The notes under the pieces were generated by a model, which was not told the origin of the DNA, searched no databases, and was given only the letters and a program-made list of their open reading frames with translations. A stretch of 63,057 bases of DNA, the filler included, from Licmophora abbreviata (lineage: Eukaryota): the NCBI GenBank assembly GCA_900291995.1. It is 11 parts of 11 records of this genome, joined end to end, with 100 filler letters (N's around TTAATTAATTAA, not from the genome) between each part and the next. Parts side by side here need not be neighbours in the genome. Positions count along the whole stretch, not along the records: positions 1 to 5,785 come from OLMU01004050.1; positions 5,886 to 11,261 come from OLMU01004051.1; positions 11,362 to 23,271 come from OLMU01004052.1; 8 more parts are not named here. One strand, given 5' to 3'. Position numbers and translations under genes: made by a program. Shown piece after piece: positions 1 to 12,519 of the stretch. Numbering within the stretch: the first letter of the stretch is position 1; each line of letters starts with the position of its first letter.

Positions 1-98
1 GTTTTAGTGCGTTGCCGCCTGGCTCGTTTTCAAACGTTGCTTGGCGAGCCGTTCACGGAAAACCATGATGCGCCTCACAAAAACTCACAAAACCACAC

Positions 99-1109
99 TT
101 GACAGCAGTGCCATTCGATCCCCACGCAACACCATTCATCATGGGACCAATCAAGTTCAAGAAGAGGGCGACAAACCTCAAGAAGAGCATCGCTCGAGGC
201 GTCGGAAAAACGTTTGACAAGCATCGTTTGATGAAATCAAGCGATGCCTCCTCGTCCAGCACGACTTCCTCGTTCGGTCGGCCACTGGTTCGTCGGTCTC
301 GTCGTAATAGCGACATCACCATGTCCAAGTTATACTGTTTCGGGAAAAGGACAAGTAAGGATGATGGTCCCAACATGATAGCATTCGCGACAAGTGGATC
401 GACTGTCATTGCCGAGTCCTACTCGGACGACCACAGCGAGTCGCTCAAACAACACCACATTCATAGTGACTTGTACCGCGCCTCGTCGGTATCCCGCGAA
501 AGCCAAGTCGTGCATCCTGTGATTTGCAAGCGTGATATCTACATTGGAGCCGAAGCGCAGAAAGCGTCCGGTCAAGCCAAGCTCAAAAAAGATCCAGAGA
601 CCTACAAGACTCTGGTCGCGATCGATCCGCCTGCACGCAATGATGGTAGCGGGACTCGCCGAGTTATGAGGGATGTCTCAAACCGTTCCGAGCCCAAGAG
701 CCGCCACGTCCCTTCATACTCGGTCTCCGCATCCATGCTCTACCGCAATTTGGAAAAATCCAAGACCAAGACGTCCGTGGCCAACGCCATGATGAGTCCA
801 CAGAAGCCTACTGGGCTTCCGGCGAATTCCATCATGGCGAGCATGCTCTTTCGGACTCTCGAAAGTACCGGCTCAATGCCTGATAGCAAGCTCAGCTCGG
901 ACAGTGATGACAGTGTCAACAAATCCAATATCCCTCCGCATCTCATCGGATCGAAAGGTTCGTTTCCCGAAAGCAGCGTATCGTCGGTGACGATGAACTC
1001 CGCCAGCCACGTGGACCCATTGGTGCGCGCCTCCAGTACTCTGTTGTCCCGCCTCCATGACAGTGGAGGGCTCGATGCTGAGGAACAGAGTGCATTGTAC
1101 GAAATGTAG
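99..1109 (+). CDS. Hypothetical Ser-rich, probably disordered protein (336 aa)
   Basis: Long uninterrupted ORF with natural low-complexity composition; no recognisable domain; start uncertain. Confidence 0.55.
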   Translation: MTAVPFDPHATPFIMGPIKFKKRATNLKKSIARGVGKTFDKHRLMKSSDASSSSTTSSFGRPLVRRSRRNSDITMSKLYCFGKRTSKDDGPNMIAFATSGSTVIAESYSDDHSESLKQHHIHSDLYRASSVSRESQVVHPVICKRDIYIGAEAQKASGQAKLKKDPETYKTLVAIDPPARNDGSGTRRVMRDVSNRSEPKSRHVPSYSVSASMLYRNLEKSKTKTSVANAMMSPQKPTGLPANSIMASMLFRTLESTGSMPDSKLSSDSDDSVNKSNIPPHLIGSKGSFPESSVSSVTMNSASHVDPLVRASSTLLSRLHDSGGLDAEEQSALYEM

Positions 1110-1280
1110 CATGAGCGTGCCGCATAGCAGACGGACACATCGTCGACTTGATACCATAACGCACTAGGAACGAACGTGAGACGTGTAGAATGTTTGTGAC
1201 TGTTATGCGGCCTTACAAGTATGAGGGTGGAAAATTTAAATACAGACATGAGAAAAGTGGGCAACTCTCATCGGATCGAG

Positions 1281-2950
1281 CTACCTCCTCCGCGCACGGG
1301 GAGAAGCTCCTCCACTGGCACGAGGGGACGCGCCGTTTGAGAGTCGTAGTGGAGATCGCCCTTGGGGCAGCGGGGACCGCGTCGGGGATGAAATGCGATG
1401 GCGGTTGCTTACAACCGGAGTAGGAGGTGCATCTGCTTGCGTTGCAGTTGCTGCTCCAACCAGGCTCGTCGATCCCCCCAACGACGTCGCAGCCTCCTCG
1501 ATCTCCCCTTCTGTCACCATGTCCACTCGACAACATGGACAAACATTGTGCTTTTCGAGCCATTCGAATATGCATTCTTTGTGAAAGACATGCGAGCAGT
1601 GCTTTGAAGAAATCAAAAGCTCTCCTCCGTCTGCAATATCGAGAATCGAAGAAGACTCCGTAAGCTGACTGCAAAACAAGTCTCCGCTCTTCCTGTCGGC
1701 TTCTTGGCGGAACTTACCATAACCAGAAAGGCAGATCGGACAAACATTTTCTTCTGTTTCGTCGTCTTCGTCCGTACCGCTCTCAGACTCTGCAGTAGTA
1801 CTCTCCCATTCGTCCTTGCTACAAGACGGAGATGGCTGGTCAGAGCGTTCTTCATTATCGTGAAACACTGGTAAAACAACGCCCCCGGTCGGCGGGATCT
1901 TGACATCCGTCTCTGCCCCCTCGGTTTCTTCGTCGTCCTTATGCGTCCAACGCATCGACCGGCGGATTGAGGGGTCGAAAGTGGAATCAGTCATCGTTGA
2001 TATCCCCAAGGAAGGTGCAGACGAGTTGGCAATGCTCACTTGCGAGTCAGGGAGACTCAGCGCTGGAAGAACTGCCGGCACCAGCTCTGATGCCGGTGAG
2101 CATGAAATCACAGTAGCCACGTCCCCACTCGAACGACTGTCGACCGAGTCTTGTTTCAGAGTCGTCCCTTCCAAAGGACATGGTGACACACCATCGACAG
2201 TCTGCGTCTCCGCCGACATATTTCCCTCCTTGGTTTCTGCTTTCACTTCCGTTGCATCCTCTCCTTGCTCCTCGGTGTCAAAAGTGGATTGGTGATTCGA
2301 CTCCTCGCTTTCGTCATCAAAATCGTCGAGGGAAGGCTTCGACATGCTTTCTGGCGCGGAAGCCTGTGTCACAGGTGTCACAGGAACAACATCAGGAAGA
2401 GGGTTTTCCTCGTCATTTTCCTGCTTGGATCGAGACATCCGTCGGAGTTTTCGACGTTTCTTGTTGCCGTTGATGGCAGGCTTTCAGAAAGAAAAATACA
2501 AGAGCTGTGAGTTCGGAGTCGTTTGAGCATTTATTCCAAAACATACAGCCCGGTTCTTGCGGTGCTTACTTTACTAGTTTCGGAAAAGATAGCTTCGAGT
2601 GCCGCTCGGCGCTGTTCGGAGCTCATATTGGAGATCAGCATTCCCTGGTTCACCTCTTCTGGCAATTCTGGGCTTCCAGAATAACAGAGCCAGTTCTGAA
2701 TGGTCAGCACCACGCAGTAGAAAAATCCTAAAATAAACATGCCGAGGAAGATGGACATGAATAGCAAGACAAAGTTAAACCCTTCAGCATCCTCAGCTTG
2801 CACGGTTTGATCTCCCGCAGCCTCAGGTTGGGCATCGCGAAGCCAGCGTGGAACGACTGTTCCAAAAGAAGCAGACGAAAGTTTGGAATGACCCGACTCC
2901 GAGAAATGAAACAGGGATCCCCGAAGCAGGGATGACTGTGAGGGCTTCAT
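1281..2950 (-). CDS. Transmembrane RING-H2 E3 ubiquitin ligase (ATL-like); introns 2481-2569 and 1631-1717
   Basis: Exon 1 has a TM helix (FNFVLLFMSIFLGMFILGFFYCVVLTI). Splicing GTAAGC..AAG joins it in frame to the acidic ORF. Removing the 87-nt GTAAGT..GCAG intron gives CPIC...CSHVFHKECIFEWLEKHNVCPCCR (C3H2C3). Confidence 0.85.
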
Positions 2951-3469
2951 TGTTCCTGTGGCTTCGAGAACGCTTGGGTTACACTTGAAAGGGTGTCAAC
3001 AGTGTTGAAACAGCGTTCTCTAGAATGACTCCTCTGGTGGCGGAATTCTTCCAACGCCCGGTTCGTTAGAACACGCGGGATGTAAAGCGATCAGTCAATC
3101 GCGGCAAAACCTCTGGAAGGATGCGCGCGCTCTTCTCAGGCATATCACGCTTGGAGTATATATATATATTATGAAACTACATAACATATATTTTTGCTGC
3201 CCAACATACAGTCGCGTAGGCATCATGCAAAAATTGAGGGAAAGTGACAATTTTTCATTCATACGTGTAAGAAGAACTAAAATTGTAGCTCAACGGACTG
3301 CGCACGACTAAATTGCTCGAAAACGAGGCTGCGAGCATCCGTCGTTGTAAGGTTATGAGGCAAAGTCTGAGTTTTAGTCGAGCTACTCGTACCCGGTACA
3401 TACCGTGTATCATACCGAAACGTAAATTGTGAACTTGAAATGGCATGTTCATGTGGCAGCTGGCAACGC

Positions 3470-3493
3470 CAACAACAACAACAACAACAACAA
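3470..3493 (+). repeat. (CAA)8 microsatellite upstream of the monooxygenase start
   Basis: caacaacaacaacaacaacaacaa seen directly. Confidence 0.9.
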
Positions 3494-3574
3494 AGGGCCG
3501 GTAGCAGCTGCGGTTGGAGAATCATCCTAGCATTGTGGCAAAAGTGGACGCTGTATCTGACGAGCGAACGAAAT

Positions 3575-5785
3575 ATGTCTCCAATGAAGGTCCTTCTGGC
3601 TCTCTTTTCAGTGCTGTCGGTGGTCACTGCCAAAGTCCATCCTTCCGATTTCTTCGGGGCGACGAACCGCGACGTTTACCTGGACTGGTTCGGAACGGCG
3701 AATTATACGCATGTCTTTTATACCCCCGCTACTGCCGACACGGGAGTGGCCATGCACTGGAGCATTGTAGACGATTCCATCCATCTGGCGGTCGCTGTGC
3801 GAGCTACGGGGTGGGCTGGGTTCGGATTGGCAGAAGTGGGTGCCATGCCAGGCAGCGATATGGTTCTGTACACGGCCGCTACAGATAGTGTGACGGATGC
3901 ACACGTCAAGGATGAACTTCAGCCGATTACGGATGACTGTCAAGACTGGTCGCTGATAAAGTCTCGAACGGATGGAGGTTTTTTGATATTCGAAGTCGTA
4001 CGAGCCTTGGATACGGGGGATTCTCAGGATCGAGTGATTGTCAATGATGCTGACGATGGCATGTCCCCGCACCACATAATTTCCGCGTGGGGAGATTCAG
4101 AACAACCCCTTTATCATGGTCCGAAGAATCAAGTTCGGTCCGCAGTTCGACTCTTTGGAGAACCTGGCTTTGACGAACTGCAACTTTTTCACCAGACCAT
4201 GTCGACTGCCTCCGAGGGGTCTTTTGACTTGCGCGCAATGGACTACGCTGTCCTGAGGAAAAGAACAAATTATGCCTACTTTTGTTTTTCCTATTCTGAC
4301 TTGCAAGCCCAGGGAGTACCTGCCGACGTGCCACTCCATGTTGTTGGTATCGAACCCATTATTGACGAGGACTCTGACGTGAATTTTGTCCACCACTTTG
4401 TTGTCCTCGGAAGAAACGATGACATTCGGCCCGGCGAAAAATGTGACGAGCGTACAAAGGATTGGATTGACATGGCTGCCGTGTGGACTCCAGGGCAAGG
4501 GCCCATGACTTTTCCATCCAATGTTGGCGGTCCTATTGGAACGAATAGCGGTGGATTCCTTGCATATCAGCTCGAGATTCACTACAACAATCCATTGGGG
4601 ATCGCTGGAGCGAAAGACAATAGTGGTGTCCGGTTCTATTATACTAGCCAGCTTCGAGAGCATGACATGGGTATGCTGCAGCTCGGAGACCCGTTCGTTG
4701 ATCTGAAAGGAGTGGCCGTTGGTAGTGGGACTGAGGGTCTCGCGAAGCATTCTTTTGATTGTCCTCGTACTTGCTCGTCGCTCGCGCTTGGGAAGACAGG
4801 GTCAATCACGATATTACGAGAGTTTCTTCACATGCATGCGACTGGGAGGAAGATAGTCAGGGAGCAGTTCCGGAACAAGAAGCTTATTCGGTCAGACGCC
4901 TTCGAGTTCTTTGACTTTGATACGTCGGGAGGTCCGGAGGTCCAGCAGCGGGAATACCTTGTGCTCCCTGGCGACTCGTTCAAGACAACGTGCTTCTACT
5001 CACCTGAAAGTGATACTACTTTTGGTTATGATTCGTCTCAGGAGATGTGCATCGATTTTGTCTTTTACTACCCAAAAGTAACTGTCGGTAAGGGCAAACC
5101 GTTCCAGTGCGGATACAAAGATATAAGAGCCTGCCGGGGCAAATGGAAGCGCGAGAAGGTCAGCAGCTTGTCCGACCTTGATCGGACTTTTGGAGATTCC
5201 AATGGCTCATGTGGATTGGAACAAACTGGTCCTGCGGGAGCGACACCTGCTTTCTCGGTGTCCTCTGCATCGCAGAACTGTGGTGGCTTTCAGGACACAA
5301 TCGATCTCTCACGTGGCGGGTCGACGGTCACGTTGGATTACACGGTCGAGTTGTCGGATCCTAGCGACACGTCGTACTTTCCCCAGGGAACGCTCAGCGT
5401 TCGACTGACTTATGAAGGTAAGGCATGGCTTGGCTTTGGTCTCATGTCTAATCCAGGTCGTATGATCGGAGGACATGCCGTCATTGGATTGCCGGATCAG
5501 CCGAACGGTCCCGAAAATCCTGGAAAGTATAGTCTGGATGGCAAGACGCCAAATCAGGTCGTACCCTTCGGAGAATCCGCGTCGCGGACCCTCATCAACG
5601 CGACGATTGAGCAGAATTCGAAAAGGACAATCCTGACATTCACCAAAAGCTTGGTAGAGTCAGATGAGCTTCGTATCAAAGGCAATGGTGTCAATTCATT
5701 TATGTGGGCACATGGCTTTAACAATGTCCTTCAGGGCCACAAAAATAGGGGCACTTTCGAGTTGACCCTCCGCCCCTGCAATGGG
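3575..5785 (+). CDS. Secretory DOMON + copper type II ascorbate-dependent monooxygenase (DBH/MOXD1-like) + second DOMON; runs into the gap
   Basis: Signal peptide MSPMKVLLALFSVLSVVTA. DOMON motif GWAGFGLAEVGAMPGSD. Cu ligands VHHF, EIHY, LHMH, EMC. Second DOMON AWLGFG..RMIGGHAVIG..FMWAHG..GH. Confidence 0.88.
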
Positions 5786-5885
5786 NNNNNNNNNNNNNNN
5801 NNNNNNNNNNNNNNNNNNNNNNNNNNNNNTTAATTAATTAANNNNNNNNNNNNNNNNNNNNNNNNNNNNNNNNNNNNNNNNNNNN
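5786..5885. other. Assembly linker/gap (N44-TTAATTAATTAA-N44)
   Basis: Artificial six-frame-stop spacer. Confidence 0.98.
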
Positions 5886-6581
5886 AATGGACTTTCTGAG
5901 ACATCCCCTAGTTTGTTTTTTGTACATGGTTGGCTGGCAGGCATTGCCTGGGGGGTTCTTGCGCCGCTGGCTATTGCCGCATCACTGTTGCGCGATCACA
6001 TACCTAGCAAGTGGTTTCCAGCTCACAAGGTATTGAATCTCCTTGTGTGCGTTATGACGCTTGCGGCGTTTGTGTGTGCAGTGGCAGCGCAGGAGAAGTC
6101 GACACGCGAGGGCGAGAGCGCAAATCATTTCAGCACCGAAGTGGCACATCGATCGGTAGGATTGATGATAACGATTTTCTTAACCCTTCAAGTGGCGGGA
6201 GGTTTGTTGCGACCACAAAAATCCGATCCGCGACCAGAAGGAGACGAGAAAGCAGAAGAAGGTTTGCTACTTACAGAGGCGCATGAGCCTCGACCTGAAA
6301 CAATAGGGGGCAAGTTGACGAAGGATGTCCAGAAGGCGACCCTGCGAATTGCATGGCAGCGGGTGCACAAGCTTGGCGGTTTTGCGTTGCTCGGGTGTGC
6401 TTCCTGGGAGGTGAATGAAGGTCTCGCTCTCTACGCCGCTCGATTTGGAGAGAAAGACTGGACGCCAGCTTTTTGGTGTGTTTTTGGAGGTATATGTGGC
6501 GTGGCCCTCGTGCTTCGCGTTTATTCTTACTCAGTCAGAAAGAAAGGCGAGGGGGTCCCGCTAGCGAGTAAAGAAAGCTAG
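5886..6581 (+). CDS. Cytochrome b561 transmembrane domain, probably the C-terminus of the preceding gene
   Basis: Four heme His in b561 context: VHGWLAGIAWG, WFPAHKVLN, AHRSVGL..LQVAGGLLRP, WQRVHKLGG. Five hydrophobic helices; no ATG of its own before the domain. Confidence 0.85.
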   Translation, partial: NGLSETSPSLFFVHGWLAGIAWGVLAPLAIAASLLRDHIPSKWFPAHKVLNLLVCVMTLAAFVCAVAAQEKSTREGESANHFSTEVAHRSVGLMITIFLTLQVAGGLLRPQKSDPRPEGDEKAEEGLLLTEAHEPRPETIGGKLTKDVQKATLRIAWQRVHKLGGFALLGCASWEVNEGLALYAARFGEKDWTPAFWCVFGGICGVALVLRVYSYSVRKKGEGVPLASKES

Positions 6582-6754
6582 ATATGTACTAGGTACCAAC
6601 GTAGGATGATTGTCTGATGCGGTTTTGGTATATATGTTTGTTTGTTACATATGGCAGCGTTACACTAGAAATGCCACGAACGCGGTCTTCGAGGCGGCTC
6701 TTGTTCTCCTGCAGCAACCTCGTACCGTACTCGGTACAACCTTTTACATATAAA

Positions 6755-9700
6755 CTATGAGACGACAGGATTCTCTCCCAGGCAAAGAACATAGACTCGA
6801 CCAAGACGCTCAAGATCTTCAAGCGCCGCAAGTCCTTCAGGGCCGTCACCGTGAAAGCCACCTCCCCGTCCAGTACGAGAGGTAAGAGTGCGACGAGTGG
6901 AATCCAGCATGCCCATAGTCTCGTCGTTGAGATAATTCTTGAGCGTGTTCATGAGAAACTGCAGCTCGTTAGCCATGCGATCTGCCTGGTGGACCTTCAA
7001 TTTTGTCTTTCGTGCCTTGATCTCGTTGCTTATACCTTCGGCGACACCATCTGCAGCAGTTGCCATAGCCAGGAACTGATACGTAACTTGCTCAGAACGG
7101 CGAACTTTGTTGACAAGAGCACGCTCGACTTGGGCCCTCGTCCTGACCAGCGCAAGCAGTGATGCGGAAAGATAAGGGGGGAAGGCAGAAGGCGACGAGA
7201 TTTCGCGATCTTCCGTCGGTGACGCGCTATCATTTTCTGCATCCAGCCACCCGACCCTGCAACACATAGATACATTGTGGCGTACATTGTCCAAGAACTC
7301 ATCAAACATTGCCCCCTCAAGACCCATGATATCCTCTTCCATGACTTCCTCGACGAGCTGCGCGTTTCCGCCCAAGAATTCAACCTCCCGGACTACGTCC
7401 TCAAGACTTCCGGTCAATGCATCAGCACACTCAGCCACAGCACGAAGTCGCGCCGAGTCTCCACGGTCACGGACGTAGTTTGCCAACCCTTCGCAGCAAC
7501 GCCGGACGACGAGCTCGCATCCTTTCTCAATTTCACTTGCGCACTCTTCTGCCCTCGACAACTCTTCGGAAAGAGACGTCAGGCACTTGAGGAGGGCGTC
7601 GCCATCAAAACGACCGCTTCCTGATGCGCGGGTCGCACAAGTGCGAGCACAAACGTCAAACGCAAATATGCATCTGCGACGCTCTACGGTGACAACAGCG
7701 TCCTCTGCGATAGTGCGACACTCGTCGAGCGGAGAAATCGCATAGTCAAATCCGAACTCCTTGTCGCTGGAGCGAAGTCCATTTGCGGCAGACGAGCTCT
7801 CAATGACGGCTTTGACCAGTTCGGCGAGAGTCCTGGCGCACTTGGACGACTGCGTCGGCGGAAGTGGAGATCGCAACAACGTGCGGAGCTTGTCTGGAGC
7901 ATCCATACCAAACGTCATTTTGAGTTCCTTTCCAGAATTGCCACTCGAGGATCCCAAAGCACAGAAGGTGGCATGTTCCACCAACATCGTCACACCAGGA
8001 CTAATATTTGTGAGGAACACTTCGAACGCCGTCAACTGGTTGTCTTGACTATCGTCCATTCCACTTAAACCGGCCCGGCGAGTGCCACCCACTCGAGCCG
8101 CGCGGCGCTTTTCGTCTTCCCTCGCCGCAGTACCGATGTGCAACAGCCGTGGCAGCCACGTCCTGGCAAGGTCCACGGCGCGAACTGTCGAGATAACGCG
8201 TGTGTCCAACACGTCGTACTTCCATTGATTCCCTGCATTTTTCGTCTTGCCACTGCCCGGCGTTTTCGTGCTGGCATCTTCTCCTGCTAGACCGATCTCC
8301 GCTGCAGACAGCACTTCTTCAGCCCCTTGGATTGAAGAGAGCGACTCGCCTTCATAGATACGATGGGCATTCAGATCAGCCTGGTCGATAGCTCTGGATA
8401 CCAAGCTATTGAAATGGGCTGCCTGTAGCAACAAGCACGCCAGGGCCGGAGGGTGGTGTCTCACGTTGACTTCGGACCCGCCAATCTTGAACACGCCTAC
8501 AGATGTAGACGGTGGGGGCTCTTCGAGGATGGTAGGCTCGTCTCCTCCCTTTGATTCGTCCTTACCGACGGTGCCTCTAGCCGTGGCAAGTGCAACCGTT
8601 TCAGCTTCATGTGGATCCTCGGGTACGTCTAGCTCCAGCAACTCACGCAGGTCCCGAATTCCATCCAAGAGACCGGACAACGGCGCCTTTTGCTGGGCCA
8701 GTCGCTTCTCAAGATCGCGACGAGCTTCACGAGCAGCCTCTGCTGACTTGACTTTCACATGGTTGAATACATCAATATTGCACTGCTCGTCGATAATCTT
8801 CTTAACTTGGCGGTATGCTTCCAACGCTTCGGAGATGCGTCCGTTCTCCAAGTGTGTACGCATAACGTGTGGCGTCTCAAGGATTGGTCCGACCCGCTGT
8901 AACACCACTAGTGCCGACTGCACTTTGCGAACTTCGTTGGTGTTGTCCAACAGGGGCTTAAAGCTTGTCTTGGCTTGATGAGACGCAGATTCTGCCACAG
9001 CTTCCACCCTATCAAGCCGTTCATTCATGTCAGAGCCTCCATCGTCCGCGCTGTCCTTGAAGACGTCGATTCCGTCGGCGCAGCGGACAAAGAGAGCAAA
9101 GTTGTCACGAACCAGATTTTGCAGCTGATTCATCTGGTTTTCAGTCTTGTCTGTTGAGGAGCGGGGGCAAGTGTACCAAACATATGAGTATTAGAATACA
9201 GGATACGCGGAAAGATTTGAACGGTGCCCCAACGACTTACTGCTCAATCGACCGATGGACTTGTTCAAGACATCATATGTCGCATTTCGATGAACTAATG
9301 TGAGGAATAGGAGGGGGTCAAAGTCACTGTCCGTCGGAAGAATAGACTTGTCGCCCCCTTCCTCTCTCGGCCCCAAACCATCGAGAATGGCTTCCAGACT
9401 TTCCTTTTGAGATTCCAGGCTTTTGAGGTGAGCTTCGTCCGATTTTTCCTGCTCCATGTCACGAATCTCCTCATCCAGATCTTTCAACGCCTGCTCCAAT
9501 AGTTCCACTCGAAGTTTATGAATTTCGCTCAAGTCCAAGTCACGGCGAAGCCCGAGCGGGTCCTTGCCCTGCATTTTGTGTCTCTTTTCAGCTGCCTTGG
9601 CGCGCTCCTTGGCGGTTTCCTGCGATTCACGCATCGACTCGTTCGTTGCCAAAGCTTCCTGTTCCTGTTGATTCCTGAAGAGTTCCGTATCTTCCCATTT

Positions 9701-10689
9701 CAAGGCCGGACCTTCCGGCCTTGGCGGACGAGAAGCCCGCCGGTTCTTTCGTGGAGAGCGAGACTTCCTCTTTTGTTTCACTTGTGCGGGAGACACGCGA
9801 CGCTTCTTGGCGCCTTCTTCCCCCCCTTCCTCATCCTCTTCCAGAACATCCGCCAAGGGCTGTTTGTTCACTTTGGTGGGTGATGGTTGCTTCTTTTTCT
9901 TCCTTGGGGACCTCTCCAGCGCTGTCTTGACAGCATTCTGCTGAGATCGAGTCCCCGACTGCTGGAGCCAGCCTTGAAAGGCCTGTCGCGACGCTTCCGT
10001 TGTGAGCAGATCCGTCAGATGCGGCGTTCCGTTCCTAGAAGAGCTGGTAAATGTCGAAGCCTCGTCATCTCCAGCGTCTGGGTTGCCCGTAATGAGTACC
10101 ACGACAATTTCACAGGCATCTTCCTTGGCACCGCCGCGTCGATCGCCTTCCATGTGCAAATCCAAATTCAAATGACGCATCTGCGATAACGAACAGCCGC
10201 AGAGTGCCACGGAGAAGGGATTCTGGCCTCCGTCATCGGAAGGAGCATCGCAGACAAGATACTTTAAGAGCGACATGGCATGCCTCGCACTGCGCTTGAG
10301 CATGTGTTCGTGTTCTGCAGACGGCGAGCCACATGCCTGTAGCAATCCGTACAAGTTCTCTTCATACTCTTCGGCATCGCCGCCCATAATCAAGACCAAA
10401 GAGCCCAAAAGCAGCAGGACAACATCATCGTCAAAGAACTCGGGACGGACTCCTACAGTTTCAAGTCACAAGGAGTCCCATGAGACTACGGAACAAGCGC
10501 CGACAGCCACTATATCGTGTTTCAGGAACAGCATCACGTACCTCCTGTTTTCGTTCCCTCGACATAGTTTCGGAATCGCGCCAAACGACGAACACGATCT
10601 TTGTGGTTTCCTACCGCTGGATCTAGACGACGCAAGAGCTGTCGAATCTCGGCCGCCGAGCGGTCTGGACCCGCCGCTTCGTCCGCCAT
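6755..10689 (-). CDS. SEC5: Exocyst complex component Sec5/EXOC2; introns 10453-10541 and 9151-9240
   Basis: Sec5 signature DFDPLLFLTLVHRNATY...NKTENQMNQLQNLVRDNFALFVRCADGID is restored by GT-AG splicing. The upstream exon MADEAAGPDRS... joins in frame. Confidence 0.85.
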
Positions 10690-10943
10690 GGTCAAGGTGT
10701 TTGGTTTTGGAATGGGGGAACTTTCAAGTTTGTGTACGATACCCCTTGCACGGCAATTTACTGCTGAAGGTCTACGTGCGTGAAATCGGTAGACAGTCTA
10801 CAGACCTGAAGCGTTAGATCGACTCCTTCGACTAAAACAACCTCGCGATATGCACTGGTAGCACGAAAAAGATCCAAAGATCCCATCCGGCCACATCGCA
10901 GCCACACATAAAATAAGCCGCACAACACACATCGCCGCGGTCC

Positions 10944-11871
10944 ATGATGATGCCGCCGCCGACCCAACGGGAGCTGGACTGCACAAGTTTGGCTCGAGAT
11001 GCCTTGTTTCCTCTCAAAATCAGCCGCGACGGGAGCCATCCGACCCAGTTTCCGGCTTCGGAAGCCCTTGCAAAGATGCGAACTAGCGGCATGAAAACTA
11101 TACTGCCGGATCGGGCGGCGTCGTCCTTCTTTCCGCGCCGGGTCGTGGTCGTACGAGATGTGAGCGCGTCGACATGGAAGTGGAACGGGCAACCTGATGT
11201 GGAAGGGAAGGATGCGAGTATAGAAGTCATACCAGACGTACTGTCGGTGAGGAGTCAGCACNNNNNNNNNNNNNNNNNNNNNNNNNNNNNNNNNNNNNNN
11301 NNNNNTTAATTAATTAANNNNNNNNNNNNNNNNNNNNNNNNNNNNNNNNNNNNNNNNNNNNTGTGGTGATGGACGAGAGGCTTTTGTCGAACGAGATGAT
11401 CCTTCACAGTTGCTGAGACGCATCGTCCTATGCAGCGACCGTGTCTTGCAGCGAGACTACTCGCATGCAAAAACGTCCAATACACCACGATCTTTGGCGA
11501 AAATCGAAGAGGTCCTCGCTCATCACGTAACCAGGATCGAGGAACAGCTAAAAAGTGAGCAACAGGGTGGTGCTGCGGGTGGTGGAACTGAGCCAGACTC
11601 CAGTATAAGCTGCAGTACATTTGCCGCCATGGAGATTCGGGCCGCGCGGGCTGCCGAATGCTACTACAGTAAGGCCGGAAGGGAGGTGACTCGCGGGAGC
11701 TCGCTAGGCGCTCCGGGGTACTCGTTGTTTCCGAGCCGTGTGCAGGAACTACTACGAAATCGATGTATTCGGTCGGTTGCCACACGGGCGACAGAACAAG
11801 AGTTTGGTAGTGATGGAGGCAAGTGCGTTGCGCAAGTTTTTGAGGAGGCAAATCAGGATCGAGGAGAATAG
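10944..11871 (+). CDS. Hypothetical protein interrupted by the assembly gap
   Basis: Open frames on both sides of the gap (10944-11261 and about 11410-11871); no domain recognised. Confidence 0.35.
11262..11361. other. Assembly linker/gap
   Basis: N44-TTAATTAATTAA-N44. Confidence 0.98.
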
Positions 11872-11874
11872 GCT

Positions 11875-11920
11875 GCTGCAATATCCTACGCAATATCCTG
11901 AATAAGTAGGATATTGCAGC
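11875..11920. repeat. Perfect 15-bp inverted repeat with an internal direct copy of GCAATATCCT
   Basis: gctgcaatatcctac-(gcaatatcctgaataa)-gtaggatattgcagc. Confidence 0.9.
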
Positions 11921-12519
11921 TGCCCGTTGGAGACGAGGTCCTTCGTGGCGTGCCAGTGGAGCTGCAGTGTCTTCTTCTCGTACAGACCGTGCAAACGGTC
12001 GTATGTACAGATAAATACTAGAGCTTTCGTTTCATTTTTGTTTTGGCGGATGCTTCGGCTCCTTTTGATCAAATGGGAGGAGCAGCGAGGGGATGTCTCT
12101 CGTTCGTTTGCTTGTTCTCTTTCGTCGTCTTAGACTCGACTCTGGTGCTCGTACCTGGAGCACGACGACAAAGTCTCAGGTCTCTCAGAGATATCAGACA
12201 TACAAGGTACCAGCGGCGATGATGTTAGACTATGGCCTTGCTGCTGCTTGGATCTGGCGCAGGGATGTATGATGAGATTGAAACTCGATCGAAAAAAAAG
12301 CGAAAAAATCAAGAATCGAAACTCGTCGCGGATTTAGGTTCACGAGGTCTCGAGCTCCAAATCTTTCTTATCAGCGAGACAAAGAATCTTCGGACAACAA
12401 AAAGACGACAAAAAGAGACAAGACCTCTTCCTCTGTCGTCGTGTTCGATCTCGTTCCTCTCTCTGCCCCGTCAGTTTACCCACCTTCCTTCATCAGTACA
12501 AAGAACAAACTGCTAGAGC

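Noticed and set aside
3440..3574. N-terminal poly-Q extension of the monooxygenase ORF
   Set aside because: It derives from a (CAA)n microsatellite upstream of the signal-peptide Met at 3575 and is probably 5' UTR.
5830..5841. Repeated TTAATTAATTAA motif (10 copies) as a biological repeat or CRISPR-like array
   Set aside because: It is always centred in exactly 44+44 Ns, so it is an artificial six-frame-stop contig linker.
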